Below are positions 37,801-47,108 of a stretch of DNA of 64,000 nucleotides, in pieces (position 1 is the stretch's first letter; every line of letters begins with the position of its first letter). The position numbers and the translations under genes were made by a program. The DNA is taken from assembly GCA_964658305.1 (NCBI GenBank), contig OZ210885.1:18724001-18788000 (forward strand), written 5' to 3'. Below the pieces are notes generated by a model. That model saw only the letters and a list, made by a program, of their open reading frames with translations, did no database searches and was not told where the DNA came from. This DNA comes from Leptogorgia sarmentosa (taxonomy: Eukaryota).

Positions 37801-38959
37801 AGCAAACCTCTTTAATATCTTTAAAAGCAATGCCAATGTATGATTTGCGTCGTGATATTTTTGTGTATCTGCGTATAAATCTGCGGCACGCAGTGTCTCA
37901 TTTCTATCCTACTTTTGATATCCAAACAACCCGTAAAACCTGCTGTAATTCTGTCGTGTTTACACTTACCAGATCAAGATAGGTATCCGTATAAAATGGC
38001 GACAAAAGTAGGATAGAAATGAGAAAAAAGTACAATATTTTAAATGATTTGGTCGCTTCGAAGTATTTACAAATGGCGAACATGAGATACGACGCCGCAC
38101 GAAATCAACATCGGAAATTATCGATATGCGAAAAGCTCTGCTCTGATTGGGTACAAACTAACAGCACGAAGCTCTGATTGGCTAGAAGCTAACAGCACGA
38201 AGCTCTGATTGGCTGCAAGCACGGTTACGGTTACAGTTACAGTTACAAGACGATAGCAATATATCTGCGTCACTACGTCACACAGATACAAAAACAAAAC
38301 ACAGAAATGAGTCAGGTATGTGAACGTAATGGTGAACTCTTATATTGTATTATTATGTATTATTAAATTAAATACCTTTTTTCACTATCCAATACATTTG
38401 GGAAAAGGGACAGCATTTTTATTCGCAGCATATCCTCGTCCCACCTCTTGTCGAACATGAAGGCGTCAATATAACAGCCGTCGTGTTGGAGATTTGCTTT
38501 GGCTTCGCGTCTAGGTATTTTTTTACAACCGTGCTGTAGGACGCAAACATCCTTCATGAACACCTCATTTCTTTCCGTGGTTGAAGTTGACTGGCCGGAC
38601 TGGGAGATAGTGCCACGGTTGTTCCTTCTGTAGACAGAGTGTCGTCTATTTTCGCTTCGCCGTGGTCTGACTGGACCACACCGTCCACCGATTGGCCTGT
38701 TTATGTTGCCGTAGTTGAGATTCGCGTTGAAGGATGGTACTGCAGCAGGTAACGTCTGAGGCACGTTTAAAGCCGATGGATTTCCCTGCCCCGAATCACT
38801 TGGACTAAAATTGTTCACGTTCTGTGTCTGCCGTACATTCCTTGGCAAACGAAATCTTTGATTCAATTCGCTCGACACTGAAGTATGCTGCCCTGAATTG
38901 TTTCCAGTTTGTTGGTTTTGTTCAGCTTCGAAAAGCTCTCCGAAAATATTTCGCACCAT
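28842..38959 (-). CDS. Six-exon G2E3-like HECT E3 ubiquitin ligase with CUE domain (transposon cargo)
   Basis: Exons about 38959-38376, 37171-37031, 36899-36514 (DMFPNLEQEKITKALMDSNMNVEGAITIIL), 30482-29896 (VSFTDEPGLDGGGLTREYF), 29663-29252 and 29086-28842 (FWTA...LPEANTC...GFGKM). All junctions phase-compatible; no internal stop seen. Confidence 0.82.
30498..30667 (-). repeat. 3' LTR (170 bp)
   Basis: Matches 36077-36247 apart from one T indel and one substitution that I could see. Confidence 0.97.
30668..30677 (-). other. Polypurine tract
   Basis: AGGGGGAGAG abuts the 3' LTR. Confidence 0.9.
30718..35964 (-). CDS. BEL/Pao gag-pol polyprotein (gag, zinc knuckles, protease, RT, RNase H, integrase)
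   Basis: LPKLVITKFQG; CVYC/CFNC/CLKC knuckles; LDTGAGSSY; YVDD; FGDSS...PRLEL...NPAD; HHCC, GVDYAGP, YSDNG, GQFER. Confidence 0.97.
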   Translation of the reverse strand: MKMATADQDLLNQIEGKLRMLNFTQEDTPRVLEGHKVKAIERHAKVFEELIEQTHKLKIEVQQNRIEKGDAAEEVREWSLEIESKVSGFEAVIDEVRQTITREYAKVKNEKEKIEQEKRRLHFEEELKFEETKLEMKRVYEHKMEESRTKSTTKGSNAKLPKLVITKFQGTHLDWQRFWGQFETEIDKAEISQIAKLSYLKELLVPKARTYIDGLPFTTEGYERAKSILRAKSILRAKYGKTSEVANAHMQGIITLPAVKGTQPKKIHEFFESLVTNTQALETMGKISQVNGFVRPTLDKLPGIRADLVRLDDDWQEWGFPQLVEALRKWCERNPIIVEDKPEHGGSEIGGSKVKSSRFFQTNQQQWKPKPCVYCNSDQHKSVGCDKVVNVASRKKELAAKKRCFNCTGLKHRASECRSLATCLKCKAKHHTSICDQVPQQVMLVTGMGRVIYPVVVVMVDGVKCRALLDTGAGSSYISAGLVKLLGKKPNKTEYKRIEMMLCSTSQKIERYNVKVSNVQGTFKMNTQASKVDKGVLLSIPNPQYSKIIHQYEHLKDVLMDDNDTKPELPISMILGASDYARIKTNTQPKLEQPGEPVGELTTLGWTIIAAGEEADLSSVYFTKSSATDYDKLCSLDVLGLQEPPNGSQQLVYQDFKQQLRRSEEGWYETGLLWKPRRDEPLPTNESNSLGRLNNLVKKLQRNPEMLHQYHEIIQDQLKEGIVEKVTDEPGRNVYYIPHKPVIRKAAESTKMRIVYDASAKPSESSPSLNDHLETGPPLQNLLWDVLVRNRLKPIALSADIKQAFLQVRIRPEDRDSLRFHWIKDKETLTIEVLRFSRALFGLVQSPFLLGATIHQHLEGLREKYPSEVEEIERSLYVDDIILGGETRDGVCKLKGTLKEIFGQAKFDLHKWHSNVRELEENDDLNRSDQSYAKDQLGVQPGETKLLGLPWNKVKDTISISFPQRPPTTTKREILRFLASIYDPLGLASPVSLVGKLIYREVCDRKLPWDEEISQQLAFRWQKFLENLPKEIDFPRSLTSVEEPIEAVDLHTFGDSSKDGTSAAVYAVVQQKSGINQGLIAAKSRLAKKELTIPRLELVSAHMATNLVENVRNSLSGYPVRSVTGWLDSTVALYWIKGGGAYKQFVSNRVKKINAKEYINWRHVRTDENPADLGSRGCTTASLPESWLTGPRWLSNSKEWPADIHNKPSKESEAEVKPIKEPLVTTACVTDELDKLLENHSLWKAVRVFAWIVRFIGNCKSVKAERACGQLTTAEMETRIQFWIKRAMEANSEMEQFKEDKLKLNLQPNSDGLYECRGRIQGNFPIYLPPSALITEKVVHDAHVQSLHRGVGSTMAYARQRYWVPRLRQLSKKVIRKCYGCKKFHTSAFHHPPVGPLPADRTVGSVPFEVLGVDYAGPITYRSTKKRIGKAYLLLFACSLTRAIYLELLPDQTAENCIRSLKRFIARKGRPRKIYSDNGKTFVATANWMKKIMKQEQVQSFLGRQNITWQFNLSRAPWWGGQFERMVGLVKRALYKSIGRANLRWGELEEVILDVEIAVNNRPLGYVEDDVQFPTLTPNSMLFMQPNLLPEEECDGECVELRRRAKYLSRCKDAVWSRWTKEYVNGLRERHNLNNKGKEASVKVGDMVLIQNDERNRGKWNVGIVVKLIKGKDGVVRAAKLRAGKSYLERAIQQLAPMELTCDDPPVAPEAEQATLNVEAREFRPRREAAAVAEERIRSIAEEDEIEH
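36056..36073 (-). other. Primer binding site, probably tRNA-Arg
   Basis: TGGCGACCCCGGCAGGAT lies 3 nt inside the 5' LTR and is complementary to a ...GGTCG-CCA tRNA end. Confidence 0.75.
36077..36247 (-). repeat. 5' LTR (171 bp)
   Basis: Direct repeat of 30498-30667. Confidence 0.97.
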
Positions 38960-40715
38960 TGATTGTATTTGCTCTTCTGAGCATAAAGAAGTCCCTTGGC
39001 GATCCGCAATGCTTGATCGATCTTACATATATTTTAGTTGATGAAATTCCCGCGAAAACTCCGGTTTTTCTCCCCCCCCCCCCCCCTGTATGTATAAATT
39101 TTCTTCTGCATACATTAGCAGAAATATATAAATAGCTGCATAAATTAAAGCTTTATTTTCGAATATTTTGTGAGTGGAACTTGGAATTTTTGGAATGTCA
39201 CTTGGAGTTCGAATTATTGCATTTAAATTTTGTACGCGACATTTGGTTTTGGATTTATGGTGTTCATATGTTGATCGAGAGTATTGGAGTTTTGAGTCGG
39301 TGTGTTCGAATATATTCTGAACGCATGGATATATTTTTTACGTGTTCGTAATTTTGACAGCTTTGGACGCCCATAGGTATTCAGATCTCATATACTACAA
39401 TCCATCATTCAAAATCAGAACTCGGTCAAATACTGGGGACTGTTATTGAATTTAAGAGAATTCAGCTGATGGAATCTTGTGCAACAGCTTGAAATAAATC
39501 AAAGATGGCGGCTTTTTATTTGTGACGAGTGGGAATTATAAACGTAAAATTCACGAAAACTGCGGGTCTAGAACTTGGGAACTCTTCGGATTCGTAATCA
39601 GTGTGGTCGAAAATGGTAAGTTATGTGAAAATATTTTAGATCTAAGACATGCTTAATGAAACTTGTTTTCTAGCCATATTTCGTGCCCCAACATGCGGAC
39701 TATTTAAAAATATTAAAAATTAATGTGCATGCATGAAACCTCCAACTGCATCTACAGTATTTGCAGAGTTACATATACTGCTCAACTATTTAGTAAATAG
39801 GGAGTTAATGTTTTAGTCAAAATGATATGTCAATGGCATATATAGATATATCTAAACACACCTCTCAAGGTTATAACAACACACTTATCATCCTCAAATC
39901 TTTCACAAAGATTCTCATCAGTGTTGCACAAGGGGCATTTTCCTACATGACCATGAAGCAAATGTTGTCCTGCAAAAATTACATACAGAAGCCTACTTAT
40001 TATTAAAATTAAAAAATATCTGCCAGTGATTATAACTGAATTAGTAATATAGTATTTCTCATTGTGTACTAAGTTGAGTATACTGCAACCCCGGTTGTCA
40101 AACATCAATGAACTATAGAAGTGGAATTAAAATATTTTGTATGCTCTATTAAAGGCAAGATTACACTAATCAAAGTTTCCGTGATCATGGTAGCAATCTT
40201 GCATCAGTAGATTATAATTTTTGACAAGTTCCCAAAAAACCTTTGAGGAAACTAAATCGGTAATAATACCTAGTCAGATTCTTCAAAGATTTCCTACAGA
40301 TTAACTTCAAAACCTAATATTTACTGCAACTGAAATAGTACACCCCTTTCATTCCATGGCATAAATTTGCATAGCCAGGCTACACAACAACAATGAGTAC
40401 AATATTACCAAAATATATTATTATTGGAAAACACTTACTGACAGGTTTAATAGCACCATCTTGGGAAATACTTTCAGACGGGGGAAACAGGTTGATAGTA
40501 ATGCACCTAGCAATGTTATGCCCCCAGGGGGGGAGGCCGGGCAATAGGTGGGGATTTGCCATAGCATGCTCGCCTGTGGTAGGGGCATTTATTTCCTCTG
40601 TGCGTCCCGAGAGTCAGGACATTCGGCATTGCAAGATCGAAGTCACAGACTAGTCCCAAGTCCTCTAACCGCTCTCAAATTTTTCCACGTGACCCATCGA
40701 CCACATGGAAAAGAA

Positions 40716-43700
40716 ATGGCGTCGTTTTGCGTTTCATATTTCTCGTCCTTGAAGGAAAATAATTTGGATTATATTGTTGAGATGTTTATTGGTAAGTTAT
40801 ATTTTATTTGATATTGGCAATTTCATATGGTTGCATAGTATATATGATTTTGTGCAAGTGAACATCGCCTCATTTTTAATATATAAATTATACTTGTAGA
40901 TCTTGATGTAAATTCACGCATATTTTAATAACAAATGAACTCATTGAAGTGTGCCTGTGATGTTTTATATAATATTTGTATCAATCTTTCTTCTGTGAAC
41001 AATGATTTTTTTATATACGACATGAAAACGTCCACTAGAATGTATTTGTACTGGGAAAAATATCAGTTTACCCTGAAGAATTCCATGCTCCTCGATAGGG
41101 GGATGGGGGTACAGATATTAAATGTATAAATAGCCCATTGTTGCCAAAATGACAAAACCACCATATATATTTTTCCACACATTATGGGGTAAAAACAAAA
41201 TATGCCTTTAATAATTCAGTACATATTTATATACAAATTGTTTTATTGTTTTATGAAGAAAAGTGAAAAACTATATAAAACATTCCAACTGTTAAAAATG
41301 GTATACTTTTAAATGTACCAAATCTAGAGAATCTTGTAACAGATGCTGAACTAAAAGAGCTGGTGCCAAACATTGGAGATAGACTGCTCACAAAAAACTT
41401 CTAAAGCAGTTTCTTGAACAATCCAGGGATAAGAAAAATGTATGTTTGTGTTCCTTTCTGTACATTGTATGTGCATAGAGGCCATCTGAGATAGACTCAG
41501 ATGATTTGCAAATGTACTACACTGCACACATGTGCAGAGTCTTACTTGTGGTATTTTTATGGCACTCTAATTGAGTATGGCACAATGTGTAAAATGCTGT
41601 CTGAACAGATCTTATTCTAAAAATTATTATATTAGATGGAAAAAGTATTGGTAACATCGTTTTTCTAATTTTAAATTTAGGATCAAGTTGCTAGAACATC
41701 TGAAGACCAGTCAAGGTTAATTCCAGTAGAAACAGGTACAGTGTACATTATACCAAAACAATTATATATTTCACTGTTCTTGAGAAAACTACAGGGTGTA
41801 TCAAAAAAAAAGTATACTGATGAAAAACATTCTCTAAACTAACGAGCGCTCAAAATTTCCAAAAACTTTCGGTTAGCATGGGTAGTGTAACACCCTCTGG
41901 TATATCCAGCACTAAGTTTATTTTAAAAACAAACTTTTTTCGAATGGAAAATGTGGTTACTGAAAGGCCCATTAAAAACGGCTTGCGCGGAAAAAATAAG
42001 TTTTCTTCACACAATCTGATTTAATCGCATGAATATATGGAGTATGATATACAAGCTATTCAAGTTTTGAGAAATTTGGTGCACGCTTAGACGAACGGGC
42101 AATGTCCGAAAACTGGATTTTCCGCAATTTCTTCGCGTAATTACGGACCTTTGGGAATTAGCTTGCAATTTGCATTGGTAATTAATGCAAATATCCAATT
42201 ATGCATAAATTAATCGGTAATCACGCAGGAAAGAACGCAAAATTCAGTTTTCGGACATCGCACGTTCGTCTCAGCGTGCACCAAATTTCTCAAAACTTGA
42301 ATAGTTTGTATATCATACTCCATATTTTCTTCAGATTAAATCAAATTGTGTGAAGAAAACTTACTTTTTCTGCGCAAGCCGTTTTTAATGGGCCTTTCAG
42401 TAACCACATTTCCCATTCTAAAAAAGTTTGTTTTTAAAATAAACTTAGTGCTAGATATACCAGAGGGTGTTAAACTACCCATGCTAACCGAAAGTTTTTG
42501 GAAATTTTGAGCGCTCGTTTATTTAGAGAATGTTTTTCATCAGTAAACTTTTTTTTGATACACCCTGTAGTACAGACTGATATATTTATGTTGCTGTTTA
42601 GGCATTCCATTTCATGTTTTTATTAATACAGTGAATCATTTTCTAGGAATAGAAAAGATCAAAAATCCTAGCCATGGGGGCCAAAAAACTCTGGTCTTAG
42701 AAGGAGACAGAATCAACATTGGACCAACACTAAAAGTATGTTTTCTGTATTTCTTTATGTTTTCTTAGATCTAATTTTACCAAATAAGCCTGTCACCTTA
42801 TCTCCTTCCCAGGATAATGAGAACAGAAGAATGTGCACATTATTGATTGTTGATTGCTTGTGTATGATGATGGAATTTTTACTGTCACACTAGGAACCAG
42901 TGAATATAAAACCATCTGAACACAAAATTGTTGAAGTGGCCAAGATCTTTGGCAGAGAAGGATCAAACATTTCCACATACCAAAAAGCTACTAACGAGGC
43001 ATCTGTCAAAATAGCACTTGAAGACCCTGGGATCCTTACACATAGAGGTACAGTATTTTACCTTGATGTACCAAACCCAACTGATAAGCTGACAGAGAAC
43101 ATGGATTTATTGCATGTCAAAAGATTATCCCATTTTACGCAGCATAAAATTCTATTGTTTAAATACTACACTACCCGAAATATCGAAGAGGCGAAATTAG
43201 GTTGCTAAAATATTAACACTAATTTGTTTCCACACATCTCAAGTCTCAGAATTGTAGTTTAAAAAATAAGCGAGAAACAGGTTTCTCACGCTGGTGTGCC
43301 TATGCCAGGTCACATGGTATGGTCACACGTGTGACGTGATTTCACCACTTTTAGTTTTTTGCTCATCTTTCTTTCTTGTGTCTCTCTTTCACTTGCCCTT
43401 GTAATGCTATGTCATGTTATTCACACTATAGATGAGATCAAATGCATACAAGTCAACACATGCCCCACCCCTACTGTATTAGCCAAAGTTGTCAATACTC
43501 AATATCGAAATTGACCTGTTACTAAAATGTCATCCAAGGTAGCCCCCTCGATTTTTGAGGAGCTGAGGGCTCTGCGTTTATTGGTCAAGAGAATGAGAGA
43601 GGAATGTTGTTTGAAAGTCAACAGACAGTTGTGTGGTGCCTGAAGCGAGCCACTAAAGTAAACGTAGCCCTAGAAACGTGTTCTGTGATTGGTTCATTAT

Positions 43701-44280
43701 ATTAATAAGACAATAAGCAACAGAACAGGTTTTCTTAAGAACGAATCACGACACACACCCTAACTCTTCATCTGAGAACCAATCACAGATCTCGTTCCCA
43801 TCGCTACGTCCTTACTGATCAGGCTAGGAGCAAGTCTACCTGGCTTTAAACCTGATAGTTGAGTAATGAGTACACAGAAAATATATTATTTGTTTGGTAT
43901 ACTCAGTAAACATGAAATTATCATTTTCTTTCCGATAACTCAAAATTTTCTTTATATCTATTTGGATCTCTTTTTTGCGCCTAATTGCCAAAATTTCCTA
44001 AACATCGATAAGATATCATTTGAAGAAATCCTCTTAAAACCATTGCTAATCCTACGGTTATTAAATCATCGTTTAAATTTTATAGGAGATCTTTTAACTA
44101 AGGCAAGGGAATGAACTGGTGAGACGTATCATTTCAAGAAAGGCTATTCAAGGGTGAAAATGAGTTCAGATTCAGAAGAGAAAGACATGGAGCCAAAAGA
44201 AAAGCGAAAAAAGATTATGAAAGCAGAAAGATTGAATGAAATTGAGAATTTAAGCGATGTAATCAAAAATACTGCATTGC
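40716..44280 (+). pseudogene. Spliced SAM + NAB NCD2-like protein inside the Zator-like element
   Basis: Exons 40716-40791 (LKENNLDYIVEMFI), about 41326-41439 (TDAELKELVPNIGDRLL), 41681-41735, 42647-42735, 42894-43047 (AKIFGR...YQKATNEASVKIALEDPGILTHRG) and 44086 onward (DLLTKARE*TGETYHFKKGYSR). Confidence 0.62.
41792..42567. mobile_element. Fold-back Tc1/mariner-type MITE, 776 bp
   Basis: CAGGGTGTATCAAAA...TTTTGATACACCCTG flanked by TA; arms complementary over about 350 bp. Confidence 0.92.
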
Positions 44281-47108
44281 ATGCTCGCAGAAAGTTGCTT
44301 CGTATGCCGTTGGCGGCAATCGGGGTGGGTAAATATACACGATGGAACTTTCCGGTATTTTTTAGTTGAAAAGGGAACAGTTAACTACACAATGTTTCAA
44401 GGCTTTGCAAACAAGTTTTTACTGACGAGTAAAAAGGGTAAAGAAAACAAGTTTTCCAAGGATGACTTTAAAAAGCTATTACAAATAGCCGAGACAGACG
44501 CTGAACGAGAAAGGCTAAAATTTGTGGCAGTTAAAGCTGGTGGACTCTCATCGACGCACCCAGAGCAAGTATATGGCTTCCGAATGGAAAACGCAAGGCA
44601 GCGTAAGGACTTTGAAGCAATGCAACATGCGCAAATGATAAAAGAGTCGATAGAGAACATTGCTAAATTAAAAGACAGAGCGTTGATAAGTTCGCTAGGT
44701 TTTGATGTTGCAGAAGATGAGGATGAAACAACAAGTAGTAGCAGCGATATTTGTTATGGTGCTTAGAGATAAGATAAATGCTATGACGATAGAAAACTTT
44801 AACCAAGTACTTCATGATTTCGGAGATAAATTACCTTCATTAGAACTGTCTCAGCACAAAAAGATGATCACGGAACAATCTCGTCAAGCATACATTGCTG
44901 CAAATAAAGTACAAGAGAGACAAAAAGCTGCCGAAGAATCTATCAAAGTAAGCTCTGACTCTGATGATAGTGAAGCTGAACTTTTGGCCACAGAAGGTGT
45001 ACCTGACTGCCTAACAGGAAATGGAGTTGCAGAAATTTTGAGAAAAAGAAGGGCAGCAATACGGAGAAAAGCAGTGAGAAGAAGTAAGGCCAAAATTGCA
45101 GCTCAAAGATTTCTGCGGAGGCGTAAGAGTAAAAGAGTATCCAAAATTATTTCCAAGTGTGAAGGTATTGGAGAGGCAGTTGAGGAGTATGTTCGCAGTT
45201 GTGGCATAGGAGCCGATGTGTGGAGGCGAACTGGAGTACTAACATTTGACGGTAATCGTAAAGTAAAGAAAAAGGCCACATTTAAAGGAATTAAGGAATA
45301 TTTAGAAAGAAAATACATGCGAAACTTCTCGTATGGCTCTGTTGTTCAGCTTTGCATCGCTCGAAATAAGCGACGTAAATCAGCTTCACATTATAAAGGT
45401 GTTGCTCGCATTATATCAAGGCGAGCTCGAAAAGGCTTCAACTTGCGGTACAACCCTGACAGCCACTGGAGCTCGGCGCTGTATTCTGGTTTAAACGTGA
45501 TGCTGCTGCAGGATGGATACAACGTAATGAATCTTGGTAGGGATGACCAAGCAGGGTTCAGACTAGACACAATGTCCAGTCACAAACTTCACAAGACCTT
45601 ATCAGTCAAGGGGGAATGCTCCACTTACCACTCGTACCGATTATGTCACCAAATATCCGTCAACACTCCAGACAACCTCATATAATTTTCCGGAAACTGA
45701 AAGTACCGGTGAAATCTGTGCGGGGATTGTTAAAGCAATACCAGTCCATGCCAAAAATCCGCCCCAGCATTTTGCCGATTTAAAAATGCTACAGGAAAAA
45801 GATGACATTAAACCAGCGTTTTATAATAGGAATACTGGTTTACCAAAGACAGTCGAGTGCATACGAGTTGATGGTGGTGGTGACGAAGGCCCTGCATACC
45901 TCGAAGTCCAGTATTGGTGGACAGTTAGGCACATAGAACAAGCAACCCAAGTCACCATGGTCACCTCAAGAAACAGCGGAGCCAGTTATCGCAACAGAGT
46001 GGAATTGCAAAATGGTTGTTTAGCATTAGCGTACGCCAATGTGTTTATACCATCTACTATGAATGGCAACTGCGTTAATGGTTCTGGTGAAACGAATATG
46101 AATATTCTTGAAAACAACTTGAACTCAGCAATAGATGTGTATATCGACAGAGTGGATGGAGCGCCATGTGCATCAACCGGCATCCATCTTTACAAAGGCC
46201 CTAAAAGTGATATATACCAAAAAGAAAACGAACATTTTAAAGTGTTTATAAAGGGAAACAAAGCAGCCAAGGAAGAACTCAAGAAAACATACCCCGAATT
46301 GTTCGCCAAATTTGAGAGAGTATGGGGTATTCGTAAAATGCATTTGGAAACTACCCACCCCTTAAAATATATATTTCTTCTTCGGTGCTGTTATAAAGAT
46401 GGATGTGATCACCCTGTTTGCTTAAAAGGTCGCCCAATTGAGGAAAGTACATGGTATCCAAATGGTCCACCTCTATCATATATTCCAATTCCTACACCTG
46501 ACCCGAACCGTCCTTTCGGTGGAGAAAAATGCAATGAATGCAAAGAGAAATGTTCTGGCCATTACATGAAGCCAGACGAACTTTGGGAATATGTCTCCAA
46601 AGGAGGAAAAAAACATCATCAGCGAAACCTCCATCCGACGTCATCCAGAGTACTTTTCAGCAGTATAAGGGCATACCTCCTAGGGATATTATTGAACAGA
46701 TTGCAGAAAAGATACTTCTACCTTTAGACGAAGTAGATATGTGGTTTGAACATGTGAAGCAGGCATCGGAAAATCGTGCAAGGGGGGCCAAGAAAGAAGC
46801 AGAAAGCCAATCGTGCTATGGGAAAAGAGAGAGTTGTGAATCAGGAGAAACAAACAGGAAAACAAAAAAAGAAATCAAAGAGAAATGAAAAGTCAACAAG
46901 CAGGCCGGATACAAGTGAACCTAATGAAGAAATTGTTTGTTAAGACTGTGGAATGAATGTGTGAGCCACCTGAAGAATATATGCGAATGCGAATATTTCA
47001 TGGATTCAATGTGATTGTTGCGATTCATGGTTTCATGTTGAATGCTTAGGCTTAGGTTCACCATTGCCTGACACATGGATTTGTTATTGTTGTGAGGAAC
47101 AATGGTAG
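44281..47108 (+). pseudogene. Zator/TP36-like DDE transposase with homeodomain-like helix and C-terminal PHD finger
   Basis: GADVWRRTG, LGRDDQAGFRLD, IRVDGGGDEGP, SGASYRNRVE; IAEKILLPLDEVDMWFEH; WIQCDCCDSWFHVECLG...WICYCC (about 46935-47108). Several frameshifts. Confidence 0.72.

Larger units (their letters stand above)
26590..39375 (+). mobile_element. IS3EU-type DNA transposon (about 7.0 kb without nested LTR element)
   Basis: TIRs of about 250 bp, TATAGGCGTCCAAAGC... / ...GCTTTGGACGCCCATA; 6-bp TSD GGTATT (26584-26589, 39376-39381); integrase-core transposase. Confidence 0.88.
20171..39702 (+). mobile_element. Academ DNA transposon (about 6.7 kb without nested insert)
   Basis: Imperfect TIRs of about 150 bp starting TAGTCCGCATGTTG and ending CAACATGCGGACTA; TTT on both sides; Academ-type protein inside. 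Confidence 0.88.

Noticed and set aside
43050..44060. Possible insertion in the long NAB-like intron with an inverted CCAAT pair (43682-43695 / 43776-43789)
   Set aside because: No matching termini or TSD found.
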